Assembly: GCF_009914755.1 (NCBI RefSeq)
Contig: NC_060935.1
Origin: the human T2T-CHM13v2.0 reference genome, Homo sapiens
DNA length: 64,000 nt
Reading direction: 5' to 3' (one strand)
Every line of letters starts with the position of its first letter. Position 1 is the stretch's first letter. Under the pieces are notes generated by a model that was given only the letters and a program-made list of their open reading frames with translations, was not told the DNA's origin and searched no databases. The translations under genes and the position numbers were made by a program. Of the stretch, positions 1 through 13,308 are shown piece by piece.

Positions 1-559
1 TCCCAGCCAACTCTGAGAATTACTTTTTTTTTTATGGCAAGACAGGGAGAGTTTTGGTCTTGCTCTTGCTCAGATTTCATTGCAAGAGAAAAGGCATTTC
101 TTTCTCTATATAAATTTCTTGCCACTAGACCAGAAACAATAATAGTTCCAAATTATTCTGGGAGATCTCTTTTCTTTCCAGTCTGTACACCCCACAGATT
201 GAGACAATCTACACTGGAAAGGAAGGGTCCTTCGGAAGAAATCTCTGCACAATAATTTCTTTCAAGTACCTCTGGTGACAAATTGTCTTACGATCCCAGA
301 AGCTGAAATTTCAAGATATGTCTGTGACTTCTCTAAAAAGTATATAAAATAGCAATTACTATGTGGGCAACAATTCAGCGCCTCCTAAAGAAATGAAAAA
401 GATGGAAATAAGGTTGGCATTTGAATGTTAAACTATGTCACCAGTACACACACAAAAATGCATCCAAGAAGAGTTGGGCAGTTCTCTCAGAGAGGCAGAA
501 CTGGCTATCAGCAGTGTAAGTACAATGGCAACAATAATATTAGCAGCAAATTAGCAAAA

Positions 560-760
560 TTGAAATGAATATTTACTACGTGTCAGATACTATATACGAC
601 ACTGGCCATGGTTATTTTATTTAATTCTAACAAGACCTTGTGAGGAAAATATTATTATGGTTCTATTTTACTAATTAGAAAACTGAGGCTTAGAGCCATT
701 AAATAACATTTGTCCAAGGTTTACACGAGTGGTAAATAACAGAGCTACAACTTGAAAATT
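560..760 (-). mobile_element. MIR SINE fragment
   Basis: Antisense MIR core (gaaactgaggcttagag...tgtccaaggtttacac); boundaries approximate. Confidence 0.7.
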
Positions 761-1134
761 TGGGACTATTACAGTCTGTGTATCCAATCAATGTTGAAGT
801 ACAGACAATGGAAACTTGGGCAGTTGCATGCTTGTTGACCCCCACATAGCAGTCACAAGGTAGCACAGCTCAGAAAAAGTGTCCATTCTCCCTGGAAGGT
901 ACTACCCTGCTGTGGAAATAGAAATGACAGCCTGCTTTGGGCTGAACTTATTAGAGGTGACTCTCTGTCTTCTAATTCCCAGCTTACCAGTAACCCTGGA
1001 TAATTTGGCTTCTCTTGTGGCTTTCTTACAGAGAAACGATGTGTTGATGCCTGGTGGCATTTTAATTATTTGCTTTGGACTTTTATGAGTTAATAGTGTG
1101 AGTTGATATCCTTACCTGATCTCAGAAATGGGAC

Positions 1135-1728
1135 TAACAAGTTTGAACTAAGGGTCTATTAAATGAACATCTATTGTTTTTATCTTCCTGGATCAGCCAC
1201 CAACTTCTACCACCCCTTTAGTGAGGAAATGTTTCTTCCCACTCTAAGCATGTTTTTTCAATGCAAGTTTTTAAAATTTTTGCAGATTCAATCTTTCTGG
1301 CTATAGTTAGCAGCTGATCTATGACGAATCTATCGTAGTACCCCATTTACCCAGACAAATTCTCAGCCCAGGGAAATGTACATGTTGCAAATAGAGCCAA
1401 TCGTAACTTTTCCCTAGGACTGTTTAACTCAGGATTAGAGAAATAGCATGCATTTAATGTTCTTTTCTAAAATGGCGCTATGTGACTTTAGAGCTATGAG
1501 CAGCCACAGTTTCCATCCTGTGAAAGAAGCCAGTCTGTAGGAATAAATGAAACTGCACATAGGAAAGAGCAGACATGAAAGAACGCGATTAAGCTGTCAC
1601 AGATGGCAGCAGTTTCTTCTCCCAGCTGCTTCTCCCCCCTCCCCCCAGGTAAGTAAGCTTTCTCATCACTCTTCTTTTAGGCCAAAGCTAGTTCACAGTT
1701 GGTTTTAACCAAAACAGTACTGAATAAC
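1135..1728 (+). mobile_element. Ancient ERVL-type LTR (LTR33-like)
   Basis: 3' end aagctagttcacagttggttttaaccaaaacagtactgaataaca resembles LTR33-family termini; heavily diverged. Confidence 0.45.
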
Positions 1729-2859
1729 ATATCTTTTAATCTAAAGACCAAAAAATGAAATGATAAAGCCAGAACTACCACAGACAGTTGTATACTTTGT
1801 GCACTGCACAAGAGCCAAAGTGAGCAGAAGATGATAAAAATCCAGCCATGCAACTTGGTGAGAGTTAGCACCCACCTGCAAGTGGTGATGTTTTCAAATT
1901 TTCACAAATCACTTTAATCACAGGGCTAATGTTGGCCCTAAATGAAGTCAACAAAGAAAATAGCAACTTGTAAGCCTTCTTGGGGACTGAGTACACTGAG
2001 AATACCCAGACCTTACCTGATTTTTTTCTAACTTAATAAATGCCTCTCCCAAAGAGTATGTGATTGAGAGATGTCAATATCTGAGAATGATATATCAAGA
2101 CTCCCCACCCGCACCAATCCTCAGTAAATCCTAGATTCTGTTTTTTCATTTATATGAGGGAAAAACTAGCTAATTTTCTTTTACCATGGTCATTGAAAAA
2201 GAGTCTATTTTTAAATGATGAAACTTCTTACCACTATGGAATGTTTGTCACACATTATAGATTCAGCTGACAATTCCTGGGTTAGATATGATTTTCCTAT
2301 AAATTTTAGGAGACAATATGTGCATGTGAACATCCATGCCAAAATTTCCATTGCAAGCCACTCCATCCATGCAAATGCTCGGTCATTTGGATGTGGTATA
2401 AAATGTTTCCAAGTCCACAAGTTATACTTATCCTCTTTCCTGGGCATCTTAAAAGAGTGCCATTGTTGTCATTGTGGTGAGTAAGTCACCCATGTCATAA
2501 CAGCCTATAACCACTAGCCTTAAGTTCCTCAAGCCATCTTTCACATTCTTCTTGACTGTTATTGGGATATAGAAGAAGATGAAAACTGAGCAGCTGGGTT
2601 TTCCATTTACCCAGTGAATCACTTTATCTCCAAGACATATAGGGAATTGTAGGAAGAATAATTATTTAAATCTTGACTGCATGAATAAGCAACCAAATGG
2701 AGAAATAGGTCACAATTCTTATTATGCAGATTTCTGAATGTCAGTCAAGTCTCTAGCCATACACCATCACTGCAGCTCCTGAAAACATAGCTCATGATAT
2801 CTACTCACATTTCCAACCATTTGGATTAGTCACTGATGACTTACTCCTTTAGTTGAGAG

Positions 2860-3070
2860 AGAGTATAACATAGTGACTAAGAGTACAGGCTTTCTAGTTG
2901 GTACATGACCTTGGTAAAGTTAATGAAACTCTCTGGGCTTCAGTCTCACTATGTAAAGTGATAATAGGAGCACTCACGTCATATAATTATGATAAATATA
3001 ATAATACATATATAGTGCTGAGAACCATTCCTAATATGTGATAAGGACTAAGGAAGTATCAGCTCTTATT
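2860..3070 (+). mobile_element. MIR SINE
   Basis: atagtgactaagag...tgaccttggtaaagttaatgaaactctctgggcttcagt... matches the MIR sense core. Confidence 0.75.
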
Positions 3071-3829
3071 AGTTTGTACATATTTCATATTCATTAAGCT
3101 TTATCATATGCTGAGTAATAAGAAATGAAGAAGAAAAACAAAAATGAGTAAGACAATCCCTGCCATCAAAATGTCATGTTAGGTAGTTGGATGAGGAAAC
3201 ATATAAACAACTCTGGCAGAAAACAGAATAATAATTGTTCAATAGAATTAAAAACCAGATAGTAACATGCTATATATGTTCCAGATAAGTAAATCTAACT
3301 GGGGCTTCGATAAAGACCCCTCACTAGGGCTTCTTGGCTTAGATACACAATAGTAGCTGATTTATTAAATAAGTTCAAACATGGAATAGGAAATGTAATG
3401 AACATTTTCAGAGATATCTTTGATTAATTTCCCTCTTACAGAGCCTGGCCCATAGTAGGTACTCAATTAATCTTTGTTGAAGGGATAAAAATAAATACTG
3501 TATCCTTCAATCCCTTTCTACGGGTGAGTTCCCAACACCAATCCCTCCACATGCAGATGTTCAATACCCTAAGCCCTTATGTTGAACTCACCTGCAAGAA
3601 AATCAGAGAAAAATAAACCTAACCCTTGTGATTTTAGTAGCAGCCCTAAGGCTTCTTGTTCTTATGTAGTAGTTATGTTCCCACATCAGAAAAGAAAGAA
3701 AAGACACCTGGGTAATAAGACATCCAAAGAGTAAGAAAAGGGAATAACTATGAAAATTCATACTACAAACTCATGTGCCCTTACACTCTGGTTTCCTTGC
3801 AGTTAGTTGCCTCCATGACTGTCCCTCTC

Positions 3830-3980
3830 AAACCATCCTTTAATTGTATAGATGAAGAAACAGAGGCATAAAATTACTCACCCAAGGCCAAACAGCTCAC
3901 AGCTCAAGAACAAGAGAGCCATCACTGAAAACCGGCTCTCCTGCCTCAGAGACTAGGCCCTTTGACCTCACAGTGCTGCA
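3830..3980 (-). mobile_element. MIR SINE fragment
   Basis: tagatgaagaaacagaggc...cccaaggccaaacagc antisense core. Confidence 0.65.
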
Positions 3981-5559
3981 TCTCTCTGAAAGGTCAGTTC
4001 CTTCACTCCTTATTACATCTTGGGTGTTCTTCTGTCTCCCAAAGTGTGGATTTTAACTGACTCAGGGATACCTTGAGAGCTTCTTTAATGAATTTTTCTT
4101 AAACAACAGCCCTTCCCATTTGGAAGCAGGTGTGAAGAGCTGGATCCGGGAAGCCAGCTGGGATGCTGCAGGCATCGTCCCTGGCATAGGTGCAGCAGAT
4201 GGAAGTACTCCATGCCTCCTGCATGTGGCTAAGTGGACAGCAGAGTAGAAGCACTGGACACATGAAGAGCCTTATTTATAAAATGTTACTCTGAGCAGCA
4301 GGAAATAAAAATTGGAATTAAGATAGTAAATGTTGCCTATCTGCCTGTGTACAAATAGACTATTTCTAGGGCAAAATGGCCCTCAGCTAAGTACATAAAC
4401 ATAAAGTAAAAGCTATCCAAAAACTTAGAATGGTGTTTACTTATTAGATGGTTACATCTCCTGCGTCCTGATTCTACTTGCAATTAACCAAGTTTGATCA
4501 CGTCAATTTATTATCCCTTATATTTCTATGTAAATGCTGTGAATTACAAGGTTAATCAAGTTATTTTGTTCTCTAGCTCCCTATCCCCTCATCACCAACA
4601 CTACCAAACTCTGACCTATTCTAGAAACTTACAACCTGAGGGACGATGACAAATTATCAGGTCTAGCCCACAGTCCTCTAGGAAGTGAATATCTAAGACA
4701 GCTAGGATTGGGAATTATATTTTTCCTTCATGCAGATGACCATGATTAGAGGCTTAGAGACCCTTCAGTCAAGTGTGTTGGTTTGTTATCACTCTGATAG
4801 TCAGAATGAGCCTCTGTAAGTTTTTAAAAATTTATTGCACTTTATTCTAGTTTCCATTCATAAGAGAAACAACTAACAGTCAGATATCTGGCTGGTCTCT
4901 AGGATTCTCTCCAACTCTCAGACTTTATGTCTCTATTAAACTGCATTTTCCATATAAATTTGAACTACACTCAGCCGAAGTTAAACCATCACTTATATTT
5001 ACATTTATCACTTATTCACAGACTTAGGTTGTGTTATATGCCAGGCATTGTGAGTGGCTTTAGGAACACAGAGTTGAAAGAATGTCTCTAAACTCTAGTT
5101 GCATGAGATCTGAGATAGAGATGAGCATGAGGTGCCATGGAAAGAACAGAGGCAAAGAATAGAACTCACTGTGGAGTTTCATTGCCAGGTAGACAATGGG
5201 TGATCAAAATGTCCAAAGGTGATAGCCAAAAGGTGTGAGAGCAGAATGAATTCAGGTGTGAGGAATAGGTTAGAAAAAGTGGTTCGCACCTACCTCACCT
5301 AAAAGGGGTAAATGCAACATGATGAAAGAAACACATAGGGATGGACAAACAGACTCAAAGAGAATGAGCAAGAAGTTGAAGGCAAGAACCTTCCTGACAA
5401 CAGATGCAAAGAGCAAAACCAGGTGCATGGAGAGGTTAAGGCCTTGATATGAGCCATCAAAGGACAAAGAGATAAATCATGGTATGAACTTGAAATAAGT
5501 AAGGCTTGAGAGAAAAGTGGCTCTGTTTGTCAACATACAGTCAATAAAACCAAAATCAT

Positions 5560-6020
5560 GCATGCTAATTTGGTAGAGGGATTTTAATACTATGAACTAG
5601 TTAGGAAGGTCTAAGATAAACTGAAAACCAACTAGGTAATCTGAGGCAACTGCAAGATAAACAACATTAGAGAGCCACAGTGACACCTAGGAATGGAAAT
5701 ACAAAAAAAAAGTATTCAGGAGGGGATACTACTAGATCTTAGAACCTGGGGCTAGAAGAAGAGGCTTTACGGCAGGATGTAGAGACACAGTAGCTGGCAG
5801 AAATGTCACAGGGAGCAAAGGAGTGAGGGAAGGAACATTCTGTTTTCTTCTTTCCTCTGACCCTCTAATCTCTTGCCAGGGCTTCCACTGGCTGAACCTA
5901 ACAGGAAGCCAGCTGGCAAGTAAGTCTGAGAAAGAGCAAAAGTTTCTTTGAGATTCAGAGCAGACTAGGGGGACAGGAGCGGAAGGGACATGAGAGCAAA
6001 TGGCAAATGACTGACAGAGT
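5560..6020. mobile_element. Ancient ERVL-type LTR remnant (subfamily uncertain)
   Basis: ctcttgccagggcttccactggctgaacctaacaggaagccagctggcaag motif typical of old ERVL LTRs. Confidence 0.35.
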
Positions 6021-6239
6021 AGATGAGAAATCAGAGGAGACACGGATCTGAATATTGAAACAATAAAACTCATTTAGAAATTTTAAGTGACACAGGTGGC
6101 TAAATATTCCATCTTAATCCAAGAGATGACAATGGAAGTAGGGTGTTTGCCTTAAAGAGGCATAATTGCAAAGGAAGCAGCTCAGAAATTTCCACAGAGA
6201 ACTTCATGCAAGCATTATTTTGTGTGCTCCAGTAAAGAT

Positions 6240-6470
6240 AGTAATAACAGCTACATTAGTTGAGTGTCTAGTGTACAATATATGTTTTACAGGGCACTTT
6301 GGATGAACTAGTCTAAATCATACTTCAGGATAGCATTGTAACCACACTTAACAGCTGCCAACCAAAACTAAAGTGCAGAAAACTTGAGTGAACTGCCCAA
6401 GGTAAGACAACCAATAAAAAGGAAAAATAGTATCTAAAGTCCAATCTTACACCAAATCCTCCGTTCATGG
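6240..6470 (-). mobile_element. MIR SINE
   Basis: aataacagctacattagttgagtg...gtgaactgcccaaggt antisense MIR. Confidence 0.6.
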
Positions 6471-6502
6471 CATTAAACCACCATGTCTCAGTGAACTATA
6501 AT

Positions 6503-8048
6503 TGTCACAGGATCCAAAGTGACACAGGGTGTCACTGTGCCGGCTGGAAACCTCTGTGGTCAGTGGCACCTCTGCTTGGGTTTTGCTTGTACCCACTGGG
6601 TTCATTCCACCCACTTGGTCCAGCAGGCTGCACTTGGCTCGCACTACTGGACCAGATCCCATGCCTGCCAAGGGCAAACCAGGTGTGGAGTGGCGAGCGG
6701 TGTGTAAGCATGGGTTCCAGCCACTGTGCACAATCAGGCATGCTGGCTGCAGCAGGGTGGGCAGCTCCAGACACTGGCACAGGCACTGGCTTTGTGTGAG
6801 GCTGTGACTGGACCAGATATACCATCAGCAGCTTCCACTGGCACCAGGGAATGTGGTGGTGACCAGAAGCTTGGAGATGCTAGGAACCACAAAGCCCCAA
6901 AGAGGGTGTTACAGCCCTGGTTCAGGGAACCCCTCAGTCTGGACTACCCCAAGGGCCACAGTTCTTCTTTCCTCATCACCTGAAATGTGGCCAGTGGGGG
7001 CAGGTGGGTATTTCAGCCCTGTTTTTCTTACAGCTCTTTCAGCCCTGCCATTTGGCAGGTCCCAAATTCTTCTTCCACATCCAGGAAGAATGAGGTATGT
7101 GGACAATCAGAGGATGGGCAAGGTGGAGAGGAATATCACTGAGTGTCTTAACAGTTCTCTGGAGACCCAGGGTAGCTCCTTTCCGCAGGCAGGTCATCCT
7201 GATGAGTGTCCAGCTCTCAGCAGTGAGGAGACCTGTGGTGGGTAGCCCCTCTCCGCAGGCAGGTCATCCTGAAAAGTCAAGGAGACCAAAGTGGGTAGCT
7301 CCTTCCTGCAGCTGATAGTCCTGACATCTGTGTGAGTTTGGCTGAGTCTGGGGTTTTTACGGGCTCAGAAGGGAGGAAGTATATGCTGACGGGTCCATGG
7401 GCTGCCATGGGTGGGCCTGGAAAAAGCGCCGTAAGTTCTCACTCCAGGCCACATACTCTACCTGGAACTGGCAGCCTGGCATCCAGGCGTCAGGCCATCT
7501 CTGGCTTGAAGGTGAAGTTTGACTGGGGACCTGCCCCTTTCCTCCCAGGAATATGTCTGCTTTCCACTATCAACATACCATCCATGGTGCCCAGGCTGTT
7601 CAGTGCCTGCTGGCACATGCTGAGCTGCCCTCAGCAACCCCCAGCCTCCCTTCTGTGCTCATCAGCACACAAAATCCATAAAGGGCCAGGGTGTCAAGAA
7701 GCTGGCATGTCAGTGTGACCCAAGCATGTGTACACCTAGCTAAGTCGCAGCAGCAGAACCCAGTCTCTACCTCAACTTCGCTGTGAAATCGGAGCAGGCA
7801 AGAACAGCAGGGAGAGACCAGGTAGTAGGGGCAGGCACTGTCAAGCCTGCAGGTGGGTGGGCTTCCCAGGCCCTGCAGGCTGAATCTTGGAAGGTGGGGC
7901 TCCTGCCCTGCCAACTCAGAAAGGGGCAGGGCTTCCACCTGTTTCCATCTCCTACTGGCTCTGTGGAACATGCAGCCCAGGCTGTACCTGCCCTGCTGCA
8001 GCTGGCATCTTTGCAGCAGCCTCTCCAGACAAGCTGCCATTGCCATCA
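6503..8048 (-). mobile_element. MER52-family solo LTR (ERV1)
   Basis: GC-rich 1.55 kb with TG...CA termini, perfect 4-bp TSD TAAT (6499-6502 / 8049-8052), internal repeat tccgcaggcaggtcatcctga; minus-strand start tgatggcaatggcagc resembles MER52. Confidence 0.85.
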
Positions 8049-8170
8049 TAATGACTTATCTCAAATTCATACATTGAGAGAAAATAGATTTAGTGTCTAA
8101 ACACACAGATGGTGAAGCCAGATGGATTCAAATCGCAGCTTTGCCATTTACAACCTATTACTATGGGAAA

Positions 8171-8888
8171 TGTATTAGTTTTCTACTGCTGCTGTAACAA
8201 ATTACCACAAACATAGTGTCTCAAAACAATTGGATTCATTGTCTTATAGTTTTGGAAGCCAGAAGTCATAAATGAGTCTTATGAGGTTAAAATAGAGGCA
8301 ATAGCCTGGCTTGTCCTTTCTGGAGGCTACAGGAAAGAATTTGTTCCTTGCTCCACTCCAGCTATTAGTGGCTGCCGGCAGTCCTTGGATCATGGCCACA
8401 TCATTCCAGTCCCTGGTTTCATCATCACATCACCTTCTCCTCTAATGTCAAATCTCCCTCTGCTTCTCTTTTATAAGGACAACTATGATTACACCAGGCC
8501 CACCCAGATAATTCAGGATATCTACTCATATCAATATCCTAAACCTAATTACAACTACAAAGTCCCTTTTCTACATAAGATAATAGTTACAGGCTGGGTG
8601 CAGTGGCTGAGGCCTGTAATCCCAGCACTTTGGGAGGCTGAGGTGGGCGGATCACAAGGTCAGTAGATCGAGACCATCCTGGCTAACACGGTAAAACCCC
8701 GTCTCTACCAAAAATACAAAAAAAATTAGCCGGGTGTGGTGGCAGGCACCTGTAGTCCCAGCTACTTGGGAGGCTGAGGCAGGAAAATGGTGCAACAGAG
8801 CGAGATTCCATCTAAAAATAATAATAATAGTTACACATTCTAGGTATTACAATCTGAATATCTTTAGGAGACATTCAATCTAACATAA
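8171..8888 (-). mobile_element. MLT1 (MaLR) LTR, interrupted by an Alu and itself inside a MIR (~8110-9035)
   Basis: tgtattagttttctactgctgctgtaacaaattaccacaaac antisense MLT1 end; MIR sense halves on both sides. Confidence 0.75.
8592..8823 (+). mobile_element. AluY-like element with ~60-bp deletion in the right arm
   Basis: gatcgagaccatcctggctaacacgg and aatgg diagnostics; TSD ataatagttaca at 8580-8591 / 8824-8835. Confidence 0.9.
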
Positions 8889-9175
8889 GAGGGCTCATTA
8901 ACCTTCATGTTTTCATTCCTAAAGTAGGGATAGCAATATTTATCACCCAGGGCTGTTATAAAGGTTAAATAAATTAATGCATGCAAATCCCTTAAAAACA
9001 ATGAGAATAATCATTAATTAAATGATGGGTATTATTTTAGATTATGTTTTCACATTTGCAAACACATGAGTATGATATTCTGTAGCAACAGGGTTCATAA
9101 GAGCAGGGACTGCTGATTTTCTTCCCTGCCACAAATCCAATGCCTAACATAATTATTAGCCCATGATGGATATTA

Positions 9176-9611
9176 GTATTAGTTCCTCAGGGCTGCTGTA
9201 ACAGAGTTTTACAAACTGTGTAGCTTAAAGCAACAGAAATGTATTATCTTACAGTGGTGGAGATTAGACATCCAAAATCAGGTGCTGGCAGGGCCATGCT
9301 CCCTCTGAACAGTCAGGAGTAGAATCTTTCCTCTCCTGGCTTCTGGTGGCTGCTGGCAATCCTTGGCTTTCCTTGGCTGAAAGCTGCATTACTCCATTGC
9401 TACATGGCCTTCTTCCTGTGTGTCTGTGTCTTTGTGTCCAAATTTTCCTCTTCTTATAAGGACACTAGTCATTTATGATTTAGCTCCTTCCTAATTCAGT
9501 AGGATCTCATTTTAACTAATCAGATGCAAAGATGTAATTTCCAAATAAGGTCATATTCTGAGTTGCTGGATGAACATGAACTTAGAGGGGGACACTGTTC
9601 AACCCAATACA
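9176..9611 (-). mobile_element. MLT1C-like MaLR LTR within an L2 3' end
   Basis: agttcctcagggctgctgtaacagag...gggggacactgttcaacccaataca. Confidence 0.75.
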
Positions 9612-12435
9612 GTACTTGGTAAATATTTAATTGTATGAATGAACAAATTAGTTCTGATCTGGAGCTGACAAAGTAGGCCTATCACCAAGAGTCATACACA
9701 AAAAAGCAAAGCAAGAAGCCACAGTGATTGAGATTCAAGCGTGTGATGCTTCATGGGAGAAATCTCTCCACAGTGAAGTTGGTTAGTGCCAATCAACAAT
9801 GAACTCAAATTCTACTGGACTGAAATAAAGAGTCATATCCCCGTTGTCTTTCCACACATAAACACAAATACAACTTTGACAGGTTTAGCTGGGATTAAAA
9901 AGAAATTGTCAGTTCACATGTAGGCTTTAAACTAGAATTTCAGGTCATGAAAATAGCATTAATTGTGGACATATATCTTAATTTGAGCAAAGAAGCATGT
10001 ACTAACTCTAGTAACCCAAAGCTGTTATATGAGGATATTGGAAAACCTGCAAAACAGCCATTTGGTTCACTTTGGTGGAAACAACATTATTCTATTGACC
10101 TGAATCCTCTGTCTGCAATTATAAACCTGAAGTGCTCCTTACAATATATATTTCACAATACAGATTCTATAAATACAACCTACATGCACATGCCTAGGAT
10201 GACTAGTAATTTACAATTGCTTTATTCATCTCATAAACCAAAATGGGATAGATACTATATATTAATAAAACATTAATTAGTGTAGAATGACTGAAAATGG
10301 GCTTAACAGAAGGCTGGAAGTGGATTAAGGTGCTGCCATATTTACTAGCTACCTATTACTTGTATCTTTATAAGTATGTGGTCCCCATGGAAGATATAAT
10401 TAAGATTCCATAACGTAATGAAAACAATTTCAATCTAGATAATTCATCATGTGGAAAACAGCAACATATTTTGCTTATTCTCTACTTAAAATTTTAACTC
10501 AAGAGGATTTTAAAAATCCTAGTCAAAAGAAATGTTAATGGGCATTAATATTTACTTTTTATCAATATCCTGGTAGGTGTCTCCCTTCCTATTCTTGTTT
10601 TGTCTTGTACTTTTTGTATGCAAAATTCATTTATATATGCAAATCAGGAACCAATATAATCCATCATCCCCGTTGCTGTAACATCTGGTGTATTCCAGTA
10701 GCCAAAAATGTCTGCTTCAGAGGAGGGAGTTAAATATCCTGAGGTGTGTAATTGCTTGATACCATCCTCAGTTATCAGAAGTAAAGAAGAATTTCTTTCT
10801 GGTAAGAATATATAATTAGTTTATACTATACCTTAACCTCACAAATTAGCATCAGCCCATAGTTCAGGGTACAGAAAAGAATTAGTTTTGACCTAAAATA
10901 AAATTTAACTGGAGGAAAAAGAACAGGAATTCTATCTTCTCCTCTGTGCTGCTTCTGCCACTGAGGCTCAATTGCTGAAGGCAGATAGTTCTTTCAGCAG
11001 CAGCAAGCATATTGCTCTGAGGTTTGGGAACTGGTTTCAAAAACATACTCCTCTGATTGAATATTACTATAAGAGAGCATCCTCTACGGCCATGTCAGCA
11101 GACACTGCACATTTGACCATTTCAGCTCAGTGATCCCTGATCTATTGCCAGAAAGGATGGGTCAGTGGTGGCAAAGGATAAAAAACCCACAGATCTGAAC
11201 TGAGAGAAGAGAGATGAGGGCTAGATTGTCTCAAGGAAATGGTGTCGATTTAAAAGTATTAATGCATCCCCTTGGCAAAATAACAACTGGATATAAAGGA
11301 TTTTTCATGTTTTAAGAAGTAAAGCACACACATAACAAAAATTCTACAAAAAATCAGAATAGTATTTTATCATTTCTTCTTTAGTTTTGCAATCCTAACA
11401 ACTATCACATCCTCAGAGTAATGCAGATTACTAACGTCAGGGCAAAAGGGCTCACAAAACATTCTCAAAAGAACTATCAAATAATTTACATCTGCACTAA
11501 ATGTGTAAGCGAAATTCTCTTTGTGCTTTCAGTGTTGTAAAAAGGGATTTGTTTTCAGATCGATTCCTTTTGAAAGACCTTTAGCTACTTAATAAATTGT
11601 GCCAATCCTTATTAATTTTTCTCTTATTCTGTCTCTGCTAAAACCTTATGACCTGACTCTTACATCCTACTGTACAAGTGTATCCACTCTTCATCTTATT
11701 TTGTTATTCCTAAGGAGCCTTCCGTGCTTTGAAAACAGAATGATCAAATAGCTTTTGCTACCACAGTATGGAACTATGAACTGGGAACTTTCGTTTTACC
11801 TACCCGACTGATTTCTTGCAATTGAATCATTATCTAATTTATGCCTAAAAATATGTGTGTCAATATGGGCAACATTAAAGGAGTAAAAACTTTTATACTA
11901 TTTTTCCAAAGTTGTATGTCAATAAGATGTTTGTTTGGGCATTCATAATGTAAAGAAAATAATGGCAAAGCAAGAAAAACTGAGATTTATGTAAAGCTAA
12001 GATTTATTGTCAAACTGTCCCCCAGACTTAAAATTTTGTGGCTCCTTAAATCCTCCAGGATCCTCTATCTTAAGGTCCACTGTATAATTCACTTTTCTGA
12101 ACCTTACCAAAAGAGGGCCAATGAATGTTATCAATTTCTTTGCCTAACCATTCAATGGGTGATGGTGGGACAATTTTTTTAACTTCTCAGCAACATCTTT
12201 ATTAATTTCTGATGCTTTAATTTAGTGAAAAGACTAATAAAGGTGAAGCAAAGAGCTGGTTGGTTATCCTCAATCACATAACTTTCAAGTTATCAGTACT
12301 GGTTTTTGGTAATAGAATCCAAGAAGACTGAATTTACTTTGTTTACGTCTGTATGACTTGGACAATAGCTACAGCCATTCAGAAAGAAAGAGAGGACTTT
12401 GTAAATGACAACTGTTCCAATTTTAAGAGAGCTGG

Positions 12436-12793
12436 TGTATTTGTACATTTTCATGCTGCCAATACATACCTGATACTGTGCAATTTATAAAGGAAAGAGA
12501 TTTAATGGACTCACAGTTCAACATGTCTGGAAAGGTCTCATATTCATGGCAGAAGGTGAAGGAAGAACAAAGGCACATCTTACGTGGTGGCAGGCAAGAC
12601 AGCATGTGTAGGGGAACTCCCGTTTATAAAACCACCAAATTTCATGAGATTTATTCACTATCATGAGAACAGCATGGGAATAACCCATCCCCCATGATTC
12701 AATTACCCACTGGGTCCCTCCCATGACATGTGGGGATCTTGGGAGCTACACTTAAAGATGAGATTTGGGTGGGGATAAAGCCAAACCATATCA
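12436..12793 (-). mobile_element. THE1 (MaLR) solo LTR
   Basis: 358 bp ending gagatttgggtggggataaagccaaaccatatca; 5-bp TSD gctgg/cctgg (1 mismatch). Confidence 0.88.
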
Positions 12794-12871
12794 CCTGGTG
12801 TTTTCGAAATAGTCTCATTTTCAGTTGTATATTTTAAAAAAAGAAAGGAAAACATCAAGCCAATTGCCTAA

Positions 12872-13308
12872 GAACTGTGTTGAATAGTGTTCCTCCAAAA
12901 TTCATATCCACCTGAAACTTCAGAATGTGGCTATATGAAAATAGGGTCTTTGTAGATTAAGTTTAAGTTTAAATGAAGACATACTAAAGTGGGCCTTCAT
13001 CCAATGACGGGTATCCTTACCAGAAGAGAAAACAGAGACAATCATAGAAAAGGTGGCTATGTGATGATGGAAGAAGAGATTGAAGTAATGCATCTAAAGC
13101 CAAGAAATGCCAAGAATTGCCTGCAACCACCGGAAGTTAGGAAGAAGTTAGGAAAAATCATTTGTTAGAGTTTTTAGCAAGAACATGGCTTTTCCAACAC
13201 CTTGATTTTGGACTTCTAGCCTCCAGAACTGTAACATAATAAATTTATGTTGTTTTAAGCCCCTTAGTGTGTGATACTTTTTTACAGCAGCCATCAGAAA
13301 TTAATATA
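12872..13308 (+). mobile_element. MLT1B/C-like MaLR LTR
   Basis: gttgaatagtgttcctccaaaattcatatcc...ttggacttctagcctccagaactgt...aataaattt. Confidence 0.8.

Noticed and set aside
6465-8100. Dense cluster of overlapping ORFs on both strands
   Set aside because: All lie in the GC-rich MER52 LTR; few stop codons are expected there and no protein family is recognisable.
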